Positions 34,057-44,275 of a DNA stretch of 64,000 nucleotides are shown here, in pieces. The DNA comes from an uncultured virus (IMG/VR IMGVR_UViG_3300028586_000785) (taxonomy: Duplodnaviria > Heunggongvirae > Uroviricota > Caudoviricetes), in IMG/VR virus record IMGVR_UViG_3300028586_000785. One strand, written 5' to 3'. Position 1 is the first letter of the stretch; every line of letters begins with the position of its first letter. The translations under genes were made by a program, and so were the position numbers. The notes under the pieces were generated by a model. The model made no database searches and was not told the origin of the DNA. It saw nothing but the letters and a program-made list of their open reading frames with translations.

Positions 34057-36442
34057 CGAGGTCACTCCTTTTGTCGCATCTGTAATCGAATGTTGTGCTA
34101 GCAGTCTTAGGACCATAGCTTGTAAAATCCATCTGTGCAAGCAAATCTGGCTGTGTCTTGACAAGGCACATAGGGTTAGCAGTACCGGTGAATCCGTTAG
34201 GACCAGTTGATACCTGCAAGTGGAGGTGCTCTCCAGAACTGTTTCCAGTCGATCCCTGAACGCCTACCTGCTGACCAGCAGCAACCTTATCGCCAACATT
34301 AACCATAGCCTTTTCCCTCATGTGGCAGTAGACAAATGAGATGTTGTCATCAGACTTCATCGTGATGCTATTACCACATGCTCCTGTACCCAGGGCGGTT
34401 ACAGTTGCGTTCGTCATGGCACAAAGTCGGGGGTTCTTACCTCCACCGCCAGAGAACATGTCCATTCCACCGTGGTAGCTAGCAGTGCTGTGAGAGGTTC
34501 CACCAATAGCCGGTCGAGGTCCGAAGTAGTTGGAAATGACCATCTTGTAGTTGTCGCAGTATGGGTTGATCCACGTACCGCTTGAAACTGGGGTTAGACC
34601 AGATGTCTCATTGCACTTTGAGTCCGGCGACACGATTGGCTGAGTTCCGCCAGCGCCAGTATCAACACCTGGCTTACCGTTACCAGTACCACCGCCGTTC
34701 TTGATCCACTCGCTATATGGGGCAAGTGTTGAGGCATACGGGTTGGCATTTGTCACGACATTTGCGAATACGTTTCTTGCATCGTTTTCGTGCTTCGCGT
34801 ATGCATCACCGAACGCCGAAATCTGAACCTTCTGTGCAGCCTGTGTAACCGGAATTGTCTGCCAGTTGGCTACATTGACAAGTCGGTCGAAGAACAGCCC
34901 GGAGGACTGATACGGGTCGAGGCGTTGAGCCAGAGTTCCCCAAGAGTCTCTCTGCTGGAACAATCCACGAGAGTCCGGACCAACCTTGTCACCGTAGTTT
35001 ACCGAGATGAAGCCTGACTCTTGCATAACTGTTGAGTAGGCAATAATCACAGCTTGACCAGGCAGATCCCTGTCAGCAGCCTGCTTAGCAATCTGTGTTG
35101 CATTGAACTTCTGTTCGTCACTTAGGTTTGCCCACGAGAAGCCACCAGAAGCATCCGCCCCTGTTCCACTTCCGCCCGAACCACCAATGACATCACCCAT
35201 GCCGAGGTCTTTCTGGGAATCGACCACGCAACCATCTGAGCTAGCGCCATAAGAGACTGCGGCGGTTGTAGCAACAGTTGCGCCGAAACCAGCAAATGAA
35301 AGCAAGAGCAGTAGGGGGATCATAATTCCAGCCACGCTAGCTACAACTGGAACCTTGAATGTGAACTTGGCAAACTTTACGACCTGGCGCTCTGTTGTGT
35401 TAGAGAGCCTTTCTGTAGCTCCCGTAAGCTCGCTGCCCATTCCACCCAAAGTCTCGCGAGCATTGGATTTACCGCCACTTGCGGCATCTAGTCCAGTACC
35501 AACAGCGCGACCGGCAGTGTCAACGGTGTCACCCAGCGCATCGTTCTTGTTGATTCCGGTCTTGGCAGTTTGCTTGTCTTTGGAGCGCTCGACAATACCT
35601 CGTTCGTCTTTACCCTCATCGTCAATCTTTTGCTGTGAAAGCCTCTTTCTCTCAGAGCGCTTTCCTTCATCCATGAAGTTCTTGTCTTTGTAGAAGTCTC
35701 GCTCTTCGCCAACAGAGAGCTTCTTGCCAGACGCATCACCAGAAGACTTAGAGTTATCCTCTATCTGCTTCTTGATCTGCTCCTCACGTTCTGGTGAAGA
35801 TTGATTGAGCTTCTCCCCCTTTTGACCTTCTGGGTTGTTGTTGCTCAGTGAGTCAGGGGACTTCTTTTGACCGGATGGGTCTGTCTGATTGGTATTGGTA
35901 GCGTTACCAGTAGGATCGTTCTTGCTTACATCCTGAGCGTTTTGATCAAGCGGAGCCTGGGACTTTGGTGATGCACCGTCCTTACCCGGAACAGATTCAG
36001 GTGTAATTCCTTCGCCAGCCTTAGAAAGACTTTCAGAAGGTCCACCAGGAACCGAGGTGGTACCAGCAGCGGCTTCTGAAGCCCCACTGGTGACGGCAGA
36101 CTCTCCAACAGAACCAGCTAGGGCGCTACCCTCAGCAGCGGCTCCACCGGCTGCTGAAGCTCCACCAGCGGCAGCGCCAGTACCAGCCGCACCGGCACCC
36201 GCTGCTCCGGCTCCTGCGCCACCAGCGCCCGCAGCAGCCGTAGATGCACCACCCGAAGCGACGGCACCACCAATAATGGCAGCGTCCTTCGCTACAACTT
36301 CACCGTCTTCCTTAGCGCTTTTAGCGTACTCGGCGGTTGTTTGTGCTTCGTTGATGCCTTTATTGGGGTCGTTAGAGAACGTATTGCCGTTGTTACCGGC
36401 GCGCTCATTGTCTTCGATGTAACTCTTATTTCGATTTGCCAT
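34028..36442 (-). CDS. Membrane-anchored cell-wall hydrolase (lysozyme-like domain plus M23 peptidase)
   Basis: TM helix; QESG...SRGLFQQR; M23 motifs HGGMD, YCH, GSTGNSSGEHLHL. Confidence 0.85.
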   Translation of the reverse strand: MANRNKSYIEDNERAGNNGNTFSNDPNKGINEAQTTAEYAKSAKEDGEVVAKDAAIIGGAVASGGASTAAAGAGGAGAGAAGAGAAGTGAAAGGASAAGGAAAEGSALAGSVGESAVTSGASEAAAGTTSVPGGPSESLSKAGEGITPESVPGKDGASPKSQAPLDQNAQDVSKNDPTGNATNTNQTDPSGQKKSPDSLSNNNPEGQKGEKLNQSSPEREEQIKKQIEDNSKSSGDASGKKLSVGEERDFYKDKNFMDEGKRSERKRLSQQKIDDEGKDERGIVERSKDKQTAKTGINKNDALGDTVDTAGRAVGTGLDAASGGKSNARETLGGMGSELTGATERLSNTTERQVVKFAKFTFKVPVVASVAGIMIPLLLLLSFAGFGATVATTAAVSYGASSDGCVVDSQKDLGMGDVIGGSGGSGTGADASGGFSWANLSDEQKFNATQIAKQAADRDLPGQAVIIAYSTVMQESGFISVNYGDKVGPDSRGLFQQRDSWGTLAQRLDPYQSSGLFFDRLVNVANWQTIPVTQAAQKVQISAFGDAYAKHENDARNVFANVVTNANPYASTLAPYSEWIKNGGGTGNGKPGVDTGAGGTQPIVSPDSKCNETSGLTPVSSGTWINPYCDNYKMVISNYFGPRPAIGGTSHSTASYHGGMDMFSGGGGKNPRLCAMTNATVTALGTGACGNSITMKSDDNISFVYCHMREKAMVNVGDKVAAGQQVGVQGSTGNSSGEHLHLQVSTGPNGFTGTANPMCLVKTQPDLLAQMDFTSYGPKTASTTFDYRCDKRSDLGAWDQTNWN

Positions 36443-36456
36443 TGCTACCTTTAATC

Positions 36457-36492
36457 AACAGAAGCGGTAACCCGAGGGAAACCGCTTCTGTT
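36457..36492. terminator. Stem-loop (terminator or attenuator)
   Basis: AACAGAAGCGGT/ACCGCTTCTGTT 12-bp inverted repeat. Confidence 0.65.
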
Positions 36493-36539
36493 CGCGTGGG
36501 TTGTGCCTACGATTTTACAGTATCGTACAGCACAGTAGG

Positions 36540-36809
36540 CTAATAGCCTCTGGTTTTCAGCCTGTTGTACCTGCTGATCCTCACAAGCGCGAAGATTACC
36601 GTGATAACGCCAAGGAGACCGGCAATGTTTGCAGCGATGCTGACACCCGACTCGGTAATTTCAGCGTTAGGATTGACCAGCTTGTAAATTCCGTAGACGA
36701 AGAACAGTACAAGACCACCAATCAAAATGCCTGTATTGATCAGTGTTGCCTTTGTTCTATTTGTTTTCTTTGGCTGTTGGTCGTTTCCAAAACCCCAGTC
36801 GGTACTCAT
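36540..36809 (-). CDS. Small two-TM membrane protein
   Basis: Two hydrophobic segments; GGAG RBS. Confidence 0.7.
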   Translation of the reverse strand: MSTDWGFGNDQQPKKTNRTKATLINTGILIGGLVLFFVYGIYKLVNPNAEITESGVSIAANIAGLLGVITVIFALVRISRYNRLKTRGY

Positions 36810-36890
36810 TACGTTCTCCAATCGAATCAATCGTATGCTAACACAGCGGTTTCGCTGATAGTTGAGTTCGCGAAATTGAACTTCCTGTTG

Positions 36891-37760
36891 TTAGCTAAAT
36901 GCGTGCTCTGACTTGCGAGAACCCTGCATGTTGATTTCTAGCTCGGCGTTCTCCTGAGACACGATCTCAAACTGGTCCGTGATGTACTCACGCAGAACAT
37001 CAGCCGCACGCTTCTCAATCGACTTATAGATCTGTAGCGCAGCATCACGTCGAGACTGGTAGTCGTAGATATCCTCAACAGACTTGTTTGTGATATTGAG
37101 CAACATGCTCTCTACGACCCGACGCTCGGAATCGGTGTTTCTGGAATGAACGTGGAAGATGTTGATCCATGCATCCTTACCGAGGTGGTCGAGAGCCTTC
37201 TGGTATGCCTCCTGCTGCTCATCGACGGGGGTCTTGGAGACCTCTCTCGCCCAGGTGAATGCTGCATTGTCCACACACTGAGCAATGTGCTGCATGAGTG
37301 AGTTGGTGTCGTTGTAGTTGACAGCCTTGAGTTCCTTGATTCGACGCGAGAAAGCGCCAACCTCGATAGCCTTAGGAATCTCAGCAAGGTCAATGAACGA
37401 AGGGGTGTCTTCTAGGTACTTCGTGATCGTCTTGAGGAGGACACGACCGAACTCCTTATCGATGCGCCATGCACCGAACTCGTCAACGATGATCTTCTTG
37501 GGAACCTTGATCACCATCGTATTGGCGCGCTCTTTCTTGTTCTCGCGCTCTCGCTCTTCCTCGTTCTCAATGAGAAGTCGGAAGCTACGGCTACTTGCAG
37601 AGGAACTGACCGAGTTGAAGATTTCGATAGTTACACCCGTATCGTCTTTGGCTACGACACTTCCGGCACCATGAGTTTTGTGATGCGCGTTGGCACCAAT
37701 CTCAATAGCTTCGTATCGCTTCTGCTCGTCGTCGGTAAGGGGTTCAGGGGTAAAAGGCAT
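36891..37760 (-). CDS. Hypothetical protein
   Basis: 289 aa ORF; promoter TTGACT-18-TAAGAT upstream. Confidence 0.8.
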   Translation of the reverse strand: MPFTPEPLTDDEQKRYEAIEIGANAHHKTHGAGSVVAKDDTGVTIEIFNSVSSSASSRSFRLLIENEEERERENKKERANTMVIKVPKKIIVDEFGAWRIDKEFGRVLLKTITKYLEDTPSFIDLAEIPKAIEVGAFSRRIKELKAVNYNDTNSLMQHIAQCVDNAAFTWAREVSKTPVDEQQEAYQKALDHLGKDAWINIFHVHSRNTDSERRVVESMLLNITNKSVEDIYDYQSRRDAALQIYKSIEKRAADVLREYITDQFEIVSQENAELEINMQGSRKSEHAFS

Positions 37761-37845
37761 TTTGGCTTTCTTTCGCTAGGTGTCTATCTTACCACCGGGT
37801 TAGCGTTTAAGTCAACCTACCCTTTACCCCTGACTGATTCTAAGG

Positions 37846-40293
37846 TTATCCACAGCCTACAAAGGCTACCGTAGCGTCCATTTTGACACCCGCATTGTCA
37901 CGCTTAGAGTCTACCGCAGGTAGCTCAATCTTGCTACCAGAGGGGTCTACCGCAATCGGATCTACTGCAATTGCTCCACCCGTCAAGACCTCTTCGCCCT
38001 TGACGAATCGGTGCGAGCGGACACCGCCAGTGGCTCTACCCTTAGCAGGATAAAGGTTGAATGGACTTACCTTCATCGACTGACCGGTGGACGTAATCAC
38101 GACCGCCTTTTCCACTTCCAGTGCGCTCAACAACGTAGCTGAGAGAACGTGAGAATCTTCGGCTAGCTTGATACCAGCAACGCCACCGCCAGTGAAACCT
38201 TGCTGCGAAACTTTCTCGGCAGGGAAGCGAAGCAACGAAGAATCGGTAGTGAGAAGAGCAACCTCAGCACCCTCTAGATTCTCTACCCAACGAGCAGTGA
38301 CAATCTCATCGCCGCTTGCGACAGGGAAGAGGCTGAACTCATCTGAACGCTTAGGGTAATCAGGCTTGGTGATCTTCACGGTTCCGTTCTTGGTGGCAAA
38401 GAAGAACCCGACACCAGAAGTGCTATTGACATCTGCCTCTTTATCTTCAACCGGAGCCAGAGCAATGATTCGTTCGCCATTAGCCAGCGAGACAATCGAC
38501 TTTGCGTCGGTAGGCTTGTCGGCAACATGAAGCGCATCGATCCTGAATCCTCGACCCTTGTTAGAGACCAATACGATCTTACCCCGGGTGCGAGCAGGAA
38601 CAATGTCCACAACGGTAGACAACTTGCCGCCCTTGGAGAACGACTTAATCTTGGCACCTGATTCAACTCTACGAACTGAGCCATCTGCAAATACAGCTAC
38701 CTGAACAGCCGCATCTTCTACCTCTAGGGTCATGGACTGAGCCACGGTCTTAGCCTCTTCGAGATGCTCAGCGATGTTGCCGCCAAGAATAATCGAAGAG
38801 CGAGGACGGTCAATAATCTTCTTTGTTGCGGTTAGTTCGTCACCAACCAGTTTGCGAAGAACACTGTCGTTCTCAATGATTTCGGTAAGCTCAGCGATCT
38901 CTTTCTTTAGCCTGTCTCGGTCAGCAGAGAGCTTGATCTGATCAAACTTTGTTAGCGAACGCAACTGTAGACTCAGGATGTAGTCAGCCTGAATGGTATC
39001 TACCTTGAACTTCTTGACAAGTTCCGTCCTGGCTACTTCGGTGTCTTCCGCTCCACGAATGATCTTGATGACCTTATCGATATCGACAAGCGCCTTTAGC
39101 AGACCTTCAATACGGTGAAGGCTCTTCTCTCGTTCCTGACGACGGTTGATGCTACGACGCATAACGATATCAAGACGGTGGTCGAGGAAGATCTGTAGCA
39201 GGTCTTTCAGACCAAGTGTTTGCGGCTGTCCCTTTACCAAGCAAACGTTATTGATAGAGAATCCAACCTCTAGCGGGGTCATCGCGTATAGCGCATTGAG
39301 TACCACATTTGGATTCACGCCCGCCTTGACGACGAAAACGATACGCATACCCTGACGGCGGTCTGTGAGGTTCTGGATATTAGAGATACCGAGAAGCTTC
39401 TGATCTCTGACTAGCTCTACAGCTTTTTCAATGACCTTCTCTGCCCCTACGCCATAAGGAAGCTCGGTGACAACCACCTGGCTCTTACCGCGATCACCAG
39501 ATTCGATTTCTGCATGACCACGGATCTTGAAAGTACCTCGACCAGTTTCATAGGCATCACGGATTTTGTCAGTACCAATGATGGTTCCGCCAGTAGGGAA
39601 ATCTGGACCAGGAACAAACTCCATGAGCTTGTCGAGCGTGGCACCGGGGTGGGTAAGAAGCCAGCGCGCGGCATCCATGATTTCACTGGGATTGTGTGTT
39701 GCCATATTTGTAGCCATACCGACAGCAATACCGGTCTGACCATTAATGAGGGTGTTGGGGTACTGAACGGGGAGAACCTCAGGCATCTCAAGTGTGCCGT
39801 CATAGTTGAACTCTAGGTCCACAACTTTCTCTTTGAGTTCGTTGGTTAGTAGCAGCGAATTTGCATCTAGACGGGTCTCTGTGTAACGCGGAGCGGCAGG
39901 ACCATCATCAGGTGAACCCCAGTTTCCATGACCATCTGCAAGAGGCAGCATCATGTTGAAGTCCTGAGTGATACCGACTAGCGAACCATAGATAGAAGTG
40001 TCACCGTGAGGGTGGTAGTTACCCATCACGTCTCCTACAACCTTTGCAGCCTTCACATAAGCGCGGTCTGGAAGGAACCCGCTATTGAACATGCTGAATA
40101 GAATGCGACGGTGAACAGGCTTTAATCCGTCACGAGCATCAACTAGCGCACGGTCAGTGATGACGGAATAAGCGTATTCAAGGAACGAACTCTCCATCTC
40201 ATCGACGATATCGTTCTCATCGATATGAGCAGCCGATACAGCAAAGCTGACGGAACCCTTTTCCTTTGGTCTGGTCTTTTTCTTAGTAGCCAT
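37846..40293 (-). CDS. parC: Type IIA topoisomerase subunit A (actinobacterial Topo IV-like)
   Basis: DGLKPVHRR, YHPHGD, catalytic AAPRYTE; C-terminal YPAKGRATGGVR blade; gyrA versus parC not certain. Confidence 0.85.
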   Translation of the reverse strand: MATKKKTRPKEKGSVSFAVSAAHIDENDIVDEMESSFLEYAYSVITDRALVDARDGLKPVHRRILFSMFNSGFLPDRAYVKAAKVVGDVMGNYHPHGDTSIYGSLVGITQDFNMMLPLADGHGNWGSPDDGPAAPRYTETRLDANSLLLTNELKEKVVDLEFNYDGTLEMPEVLPVQYPNTLINGQTGIAVGMATNMATHNPSEIMDAARWLLTHPGATLDKLMEFVPGPDFPTGGTIIGTDKIRDAYETGRGTFKIRGHAEIESGDRGKSQVVVTELPYGVGAEKVIEKAVELVRDQKLLGISNIQNLTDRRQGMRIVFVVKAGVNPNVVLNALYAMTPLEVGFSINNVCLVKGQPQTLGLKDLLQIFLDHRLDIVMRRSINRRQEREKSLHRIEGLLKALVDIDKVIKIIRGAEDTEVARTELVKKFKVDTIQADYILSLQLRSLTKFDQIKLSADRDRLKKEIAELTEIIENDSVLRKLVGDELTATKKIIDRPRSSIILGGNIAEHLEEAKTVAQSMTLEVEDAAVQVAVFADGSVRRVESGAKIKSFSKGGKLSTVVDIVPARTRGKIVLVSNKGRGFRIDALHVADKPTDAKSIVSLANGERIIALAPVEDKEADVNSTSGVGFFFATKNGTVKITKPDYPKRSDEFSLFPVASGDEIVTARWVENLEGAEVALLTTDSSLLRFPAEKVSQQGFTGGGVAGIKLAEDSHVLSATLLSALEVEKAVVITSTGQSMKVSPFNLYPAKGRATGGVRSHRFVKGEEVLTGGAIAVDPIAVDPSGSKIELPAVDSKRDNAGVKMDATVAFVGCG

Positions 40294-40317
40294 TGTTATC
40301 TTCTCTTTCTTGAAATC

Positions 40318-42441
40318 TTAGCCGATGACGGAACGGTCGAAGCGGTCACTGGAGTTGATAATCCAGGTTTTTCGAGGTGCGACATCATGACCCATAGCTA
40401 GCTCAATCATGCCCTCAGCCTTATCAGCATCATTCATCGTGATACGTCGCAAAGTTCGCTTCGCGGGGTCAAGCGTTGTGTCCCATAGTTCATCATCCTG
40501 CATCTCACCAAGTCCCTTGAATCGACCAATCGGCATGCGAATCTGCTTTTTCTCAGCAGCAAGCTTCTTCTGAATCTTAACAAGTTCTTCATCGTTCTGA
40601 ACGTAGATGGTTTCTGGGTTTTTACCCAGTGTTTTGACCACGTACAGAGGGGGAACAGCAGTGTACAAACGACCTTCGGTGATTAGTGGTCGCATTAGAC
40701 GCGAGAATAGCGCAATGAGCAAGGTTCGGATGTGCGATCCATCAACATCAGCGTCTGCGGCGATGACAACACGGTCATATCTCATCAGATCTGGATCGAA
40801 AGCCTTACCCATACCCGCACCGATGACCTGAATGATTTCCGAGATCTCTTTGTTAGCCAGAGCATCGCTCAAAGAGGCTTTCTGTGCATTGAGGATCTTG
40901 CCTCGAATAGGAAGCAATGCCTGATGACCCGAGTCACGAGCGAGCTTCATCTGACCACCTGCCGAGTCACCTTCTACGATGAGCAACTCGCTATCAGAGC
41001 CTACCCCGACATACTCACAGTCAGTAAGCTTGGAGGGCATAGAAGCAGTGTCGAGGGCGGTCTTGCGTCGAGCAACTTCTTTGAGTTGACGCTGAGCAAG
41101 CCTCACCCTTGAAGCTTCGATAACCTTGGTGTAGATAATCTTAGCCGTTGCAGCATTCTTCTTGTCATCCAAGAATGCCTTCAGCTTGTTTCCAACTTCC
41201 TGTGAAAGGAGCGAGGTAATAGCTGTTGTACCAAGGCTAGACTTCTCCTGACCTGTGAACTGAGGCTCCGGGAACTTGATAGAGACGATAGAAACAAGAC
41301 CATCCTTGATATCTTCCAAGATGGGCGGCTCTTCCTTAGCCTTCAGCAAGCCTCTACCATTCTTGATGTTATCGATGATGATGCGGCTCATTGCTCGGTA
41401 GAAACCAGACTCGTGTGTTCCACCATTCTTGGTGTTGATGATGTTCACGAACGACTTCATTACCGTGTCATAGCCATTGACGTACTCAAAAGCAACATCA
41501 ATATCTACATGCCTATCTACCATTCCGGTAGTGATCTTTCCGTTCGAATCAGCGATAGCAGCCTTTTCGGTGAAGTTGCCCTCAGAGGTGAATCGAACCG
41601 GCTTCATAAGAGGCTGTTCGTGCGTGATCGTTTCAAGCATTTCAGCAATACCACCATCAAACTCGAAGACATCAACGATGTGGTTGTTGGGGTCGCGGAA
41701 GTCGTTGAACTCAATGCAAAGACCGGGAAGAAGGAACGCAGTTGACTTCATACGGAACTTCAGCGTCTCGACATCAAACGATGCAGGCACATCTACTGTC
41801 TCGCCCTTCTCGTTCACTACTTCTACCGGCATGAAGAGGTCAGAATCAGCCCACATACGGATTGTGGTGCCCGTAGGACGCTCTTTCTTCTCTTTGGCTG
41901 TACGAGGGTCAGGTTTGACTACCAAGTCCTTAGAGGGCGAAAATTTGGAGAACGGGTCATCGGCAACAGCGAACTTACCCGGCTTTCCCTGACAGAAGGA
42001 GATCTTATGCTCCTTGCCATTCTGATACACAGTGACATCAAAACGCTGACTGATGGCGTTACTGGCTGTTGTGCCTACACCATTTAGCCCACCAGATCCG
42101 CCTCCGTATCCGCCGCCCTCGACACCAAACTTTCCACCCGCACCAACGTTTGCTAGTGCGAGGACAATACCATTCTCACCCGTTGCCTTGTTGATGCCAG
42201 TAGGAATTCCGCGACCTTGGTCCTGAACCTCAGCCGAACCATCAGCGAAGAACGTAATGGTGATCTTCTTACCATGACCATTCAAGAACTCATCCTGTGA
42301 GTTGTCGATGATTTCTCGGAGCGCAGTGGACAGTCCACCCTCGCCAGTGTTGTCACCGAGGTACATCGGAAGTCGCTTACGGATGTGGTCGATTGGGTCG
42401 AGCTTTTGGATGCTATTAGCGTCATACTCTGGAGTAGCCAT
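40318..42441 (-). CDS. parE: Type IIA topoisomerase subunit B (Topo IV-like)
   Basis: EIIDNS.DE, D.GRGIP, GGLNGVG, VEGDSAGG, PIRGKILN, DADVDG.HI, RFKGLGEM. Confidence 0.85.
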   Translation of the reverse strand: MATPEYDANSIQKLDPIDHIRKRLPMYLGDNTGEGGLSTALREIIDNSQDEFLNGHGKKITITFFADGSAEVQDQGRGIPTGINKATGENGIVLALANVGAGGKFGVEGGGYGGGSGGLNGVGTTASNAISQRFDVTVYQNGKEHKISFCQGKPGKFAVADDPFSKFSPSKDLVVKPDPRTAKEKKERPTGTTIRMWADSDLFMPVEVVNEKGETVDVPASFDVETLKFRMKSTAFLLPGLCIEFNDFRDPNNHIVDVFEFDGGIAEMLETITHEQPLMKPVRFTSEGNFTEKAAIADSNGKITTGMVDRHVDIDVAFEYVNGYDTVMKSFVNIINTKNGGTHESGFYRAMSRIIIDNIKNGRGLLKAKEEPPILEDIKDGLVSIVSIKFPEPQFTGQEKSSLGTTAITSLLSQEVGNKLKAFLDDKKNAATAKIIYTKVIEASRVRLAQRQLKEVARRKTALDTASMPSKLTDCEYVGVGSDSELLIVEGDSAGGQMKLARDSGHQALLPIRGKILNAQKASLSDALANKEISEIIQVIGAGMGKAFDPDLMRYDRVVIAADADVDGSHIRTLLIALFSRLMRPLITEGRLYTAVPPLYVVKTLGKNPETIYVQNDEELVKIQKKLAAEKKQIRMPIGRFKGLGEMQDDELWDTTLDPAKRTLRRITMNDADKAEGMIELAMGHDVAPRKTWIINSSDRFDRSVIG

Positions 42442-42502
42442 TTACGTTCTTTCTTGTGAGTTCATTAATCTAGCAGCACAATCGCCGCTCATTGTGAAGT
42501 TT

Positions 42503-43210
42503 TTAGGATTCGATGTAGCGGAAGTTCTCAAACCAGAGGTATTCCTTCTGCTTGTATGTATCAATTGTGCTGACCAATGGCGCATAACCAAACGGCGAGA
42601 ACTTTGTGTCGTACTGGTCAGCAACTGGTCTGTTGGGGTCAGCAACAGGGGCGAAGAGCGAGATACCTACATCAAGTGTGGACTCTGTTTCTTGACCTCT
42701 ATCGACAACCAATACGACATGACCAACCTCAGCCGAATGTTCGATACGACCATTACCGATTAGTCTTGTGGCATCCCACATTTGTAGCTTACTCAGCCTG
42801 CTGGAGTCAACACCAGACTCATTGAGATCAGTCTCAAACTCCTGAATCAGGTTGGTCAGATTCTGCGCCACAAATGCGGGTGTGTTTAGCTCTGGTCGTC
42901 TTCTGGTTATGATTTCACCAGCATCAGCGACCATCTTAGCTGTGTTCAGATCCAGCTTTGATGAAGCAACGAGGAAGCCCGCCTGGGTTTCATTCATCGT
43001 GAGAGACCCTGGTGCTTTTCGATTGACGATAGCGGTAAGCGCCCTAAGCGACTCCCACTGCTCTCTAATCAGAGCAGTGTCAGCAGCGGTGGAAGACTTG
43101 AGTGGGTTGCTGGCATGAACCTCGACGTTCTTGTGCAAGTAGCAACGAGATTCACCCTCTCTTACAGGGTTTCCACAACCGTTATACCCACAGGTTCTTA
43201 CAGCAACCAC
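42503..43210 (-). CDS. Hypothetical protein with an N-terminal CCCH motif
   Basis: CGYNGCGNPVREGESRCYLH. Confidence 0.7.
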   Translation of the reverse strand: MVAVRTCGYNGCGNPVREGESRCYLHKNVEVHASNPLKSSTAADTALIREQWESLRALTAIVNRKAPGSLTMNETQAGFLVASSKLDLNTAKMVADAGEIITRRRPELNTPAFVAQNLTNLIQEFETDLNESGVDSSRLSKLQMWDATRLIGNGRIEHSAEVGHVVLVVDRGQETESTLDVGISLFAPVADPNRPVADQYDTKFSPFGYAPLVSTIDTYKQKEYLWFENFRYIES

Positions 43211-43220
43211 AACTCACTCC

Positions 43221-44273
43221 TTATCGCTTTAGCACAGACGTGTTAGCCACAATGTCATCAAGTGACTCACTCTTTGTCCAAGCGGGGCAGTCTTTGAGGA
43301 TGGGGCAGTACTCACAGTAACCACGTCGATCACCGCTGGTAGGAGCAGGGATTGCAAGAATCTCCTTGTCCTGGTTTACCATAGCATCCATTTCAAGAGT
43401 GATTGCACTGATAAGGCTTCTCACGCGCTCAATGGTGTTGTCGTTGACCAAGATGTCAACACTCTCCGGCTCAGGTGATGCGCCGATGTAGAGAAGACGA
43501 ACGGAAGTTACCTTGGACGGTAGCAACTCGTTTCGGGTCATCTCCATACGCAGCCAGGCATAGATACCAGCAGGAATCAAAGTCTTCTCAAAGACTCGCG
43601 GTCCATTGAAGTTGGGCGTGATTCCGACAGTCTTACCAGTCTTGTAGTCGTCGATAATCTCACCGTCCTCATCGTCAGGAACAACGCGGTCGATCTTACC
43701 CTGAACCTTTACACCGTTGATTTCTCCACGGACCCAAGTCTCATTCGAAATGACTTCAATTTCTTCGGGGTCAGGCTCAAAGTTGTCAAGGTAACCCTCA
43801 ACGATTTCACGCGAACGAGAGCGCATGTACTTCTGAACACTCGACTTGCCATACTTATCAGTATCGAGAGTGATCTTGTAGTCCTCAGCAAGCGACTTGT
43901 CGATTAGACCATCTTCGATATCGAACTTTTCGAGAAGCTCTAGCGCGTACTCGTAAGTCTCCATAAGAAGCTCTTGGCTTCTCATGTTTGCTGGCTCTGA
44001 GTAGAACACTTCAAGCACACGGTGAACGAACGTACCTAGTACCGTCCAGCGCGTCGGAGACTTGATTCTCTCAAACGGCGCGTGGCGGTCCACGAACCAT
44101 CTAAGAGGGCACTGTAGGAACGAAACGATTGACGAAGGGCTTTCGCTGCGAGACTTGGAATTGAAGCTGTCTACCCACTCCTGGGGTAGCTCAACAACGA
44201 CACCATCCTTGTCAGACGGAAGTACGGCATCAATCTCCTTTTCGATTTGCTCCTTGGAGATTGTTACTGTCAT
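43221..44273 (-). CDS. PD-(D/E)XK (RecB/AddB-like) nuclease with Fe-S cysteines
   Basis: SPSS...CP; GT.VH..LE; GKIDRV; DYKTG; C..C.....C. Confidence 0.85.
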   Translation of the reverse strand: MTVTISKEQIEKEIDAVLPSDKDGVVVELPQEWVDSFNSKSRSESPSSIVSFLQCPLRWFVDRHAPFERIKSPTRWTVLGTFVHRVLEVFYSEPANMRSQELLMETYEYALELLEKFDIEDGLIDKSLAEDYKITLDTDKYGKSSVQKYMRSRSREIVEGYLDNFEPDPEEIEVISNETWVRGEINGVKVQGKIDRVVPDDEDGEIIDDYKTGKTVGITPNFNGPRVFEKTLIPAGIYAWLRMEMTRNELLPSKVTSVRLLYIGASPEPESVDILVNDNTIERVRSLISAITLEMDAMVNQDKEILAIPAPTSGDRRGYCEYCPILKDCPAWTKSESLDDIVANTSVLKR

Positions 44274-44275
44274 GA

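Noticed and set aside
43221..44273. Cas4 as part of a CRISPR system
   Set aside because: The motifs are shared by stand-alone RecB/AddB-like nucleases, and there is no cas1/cas2 or array in the window.
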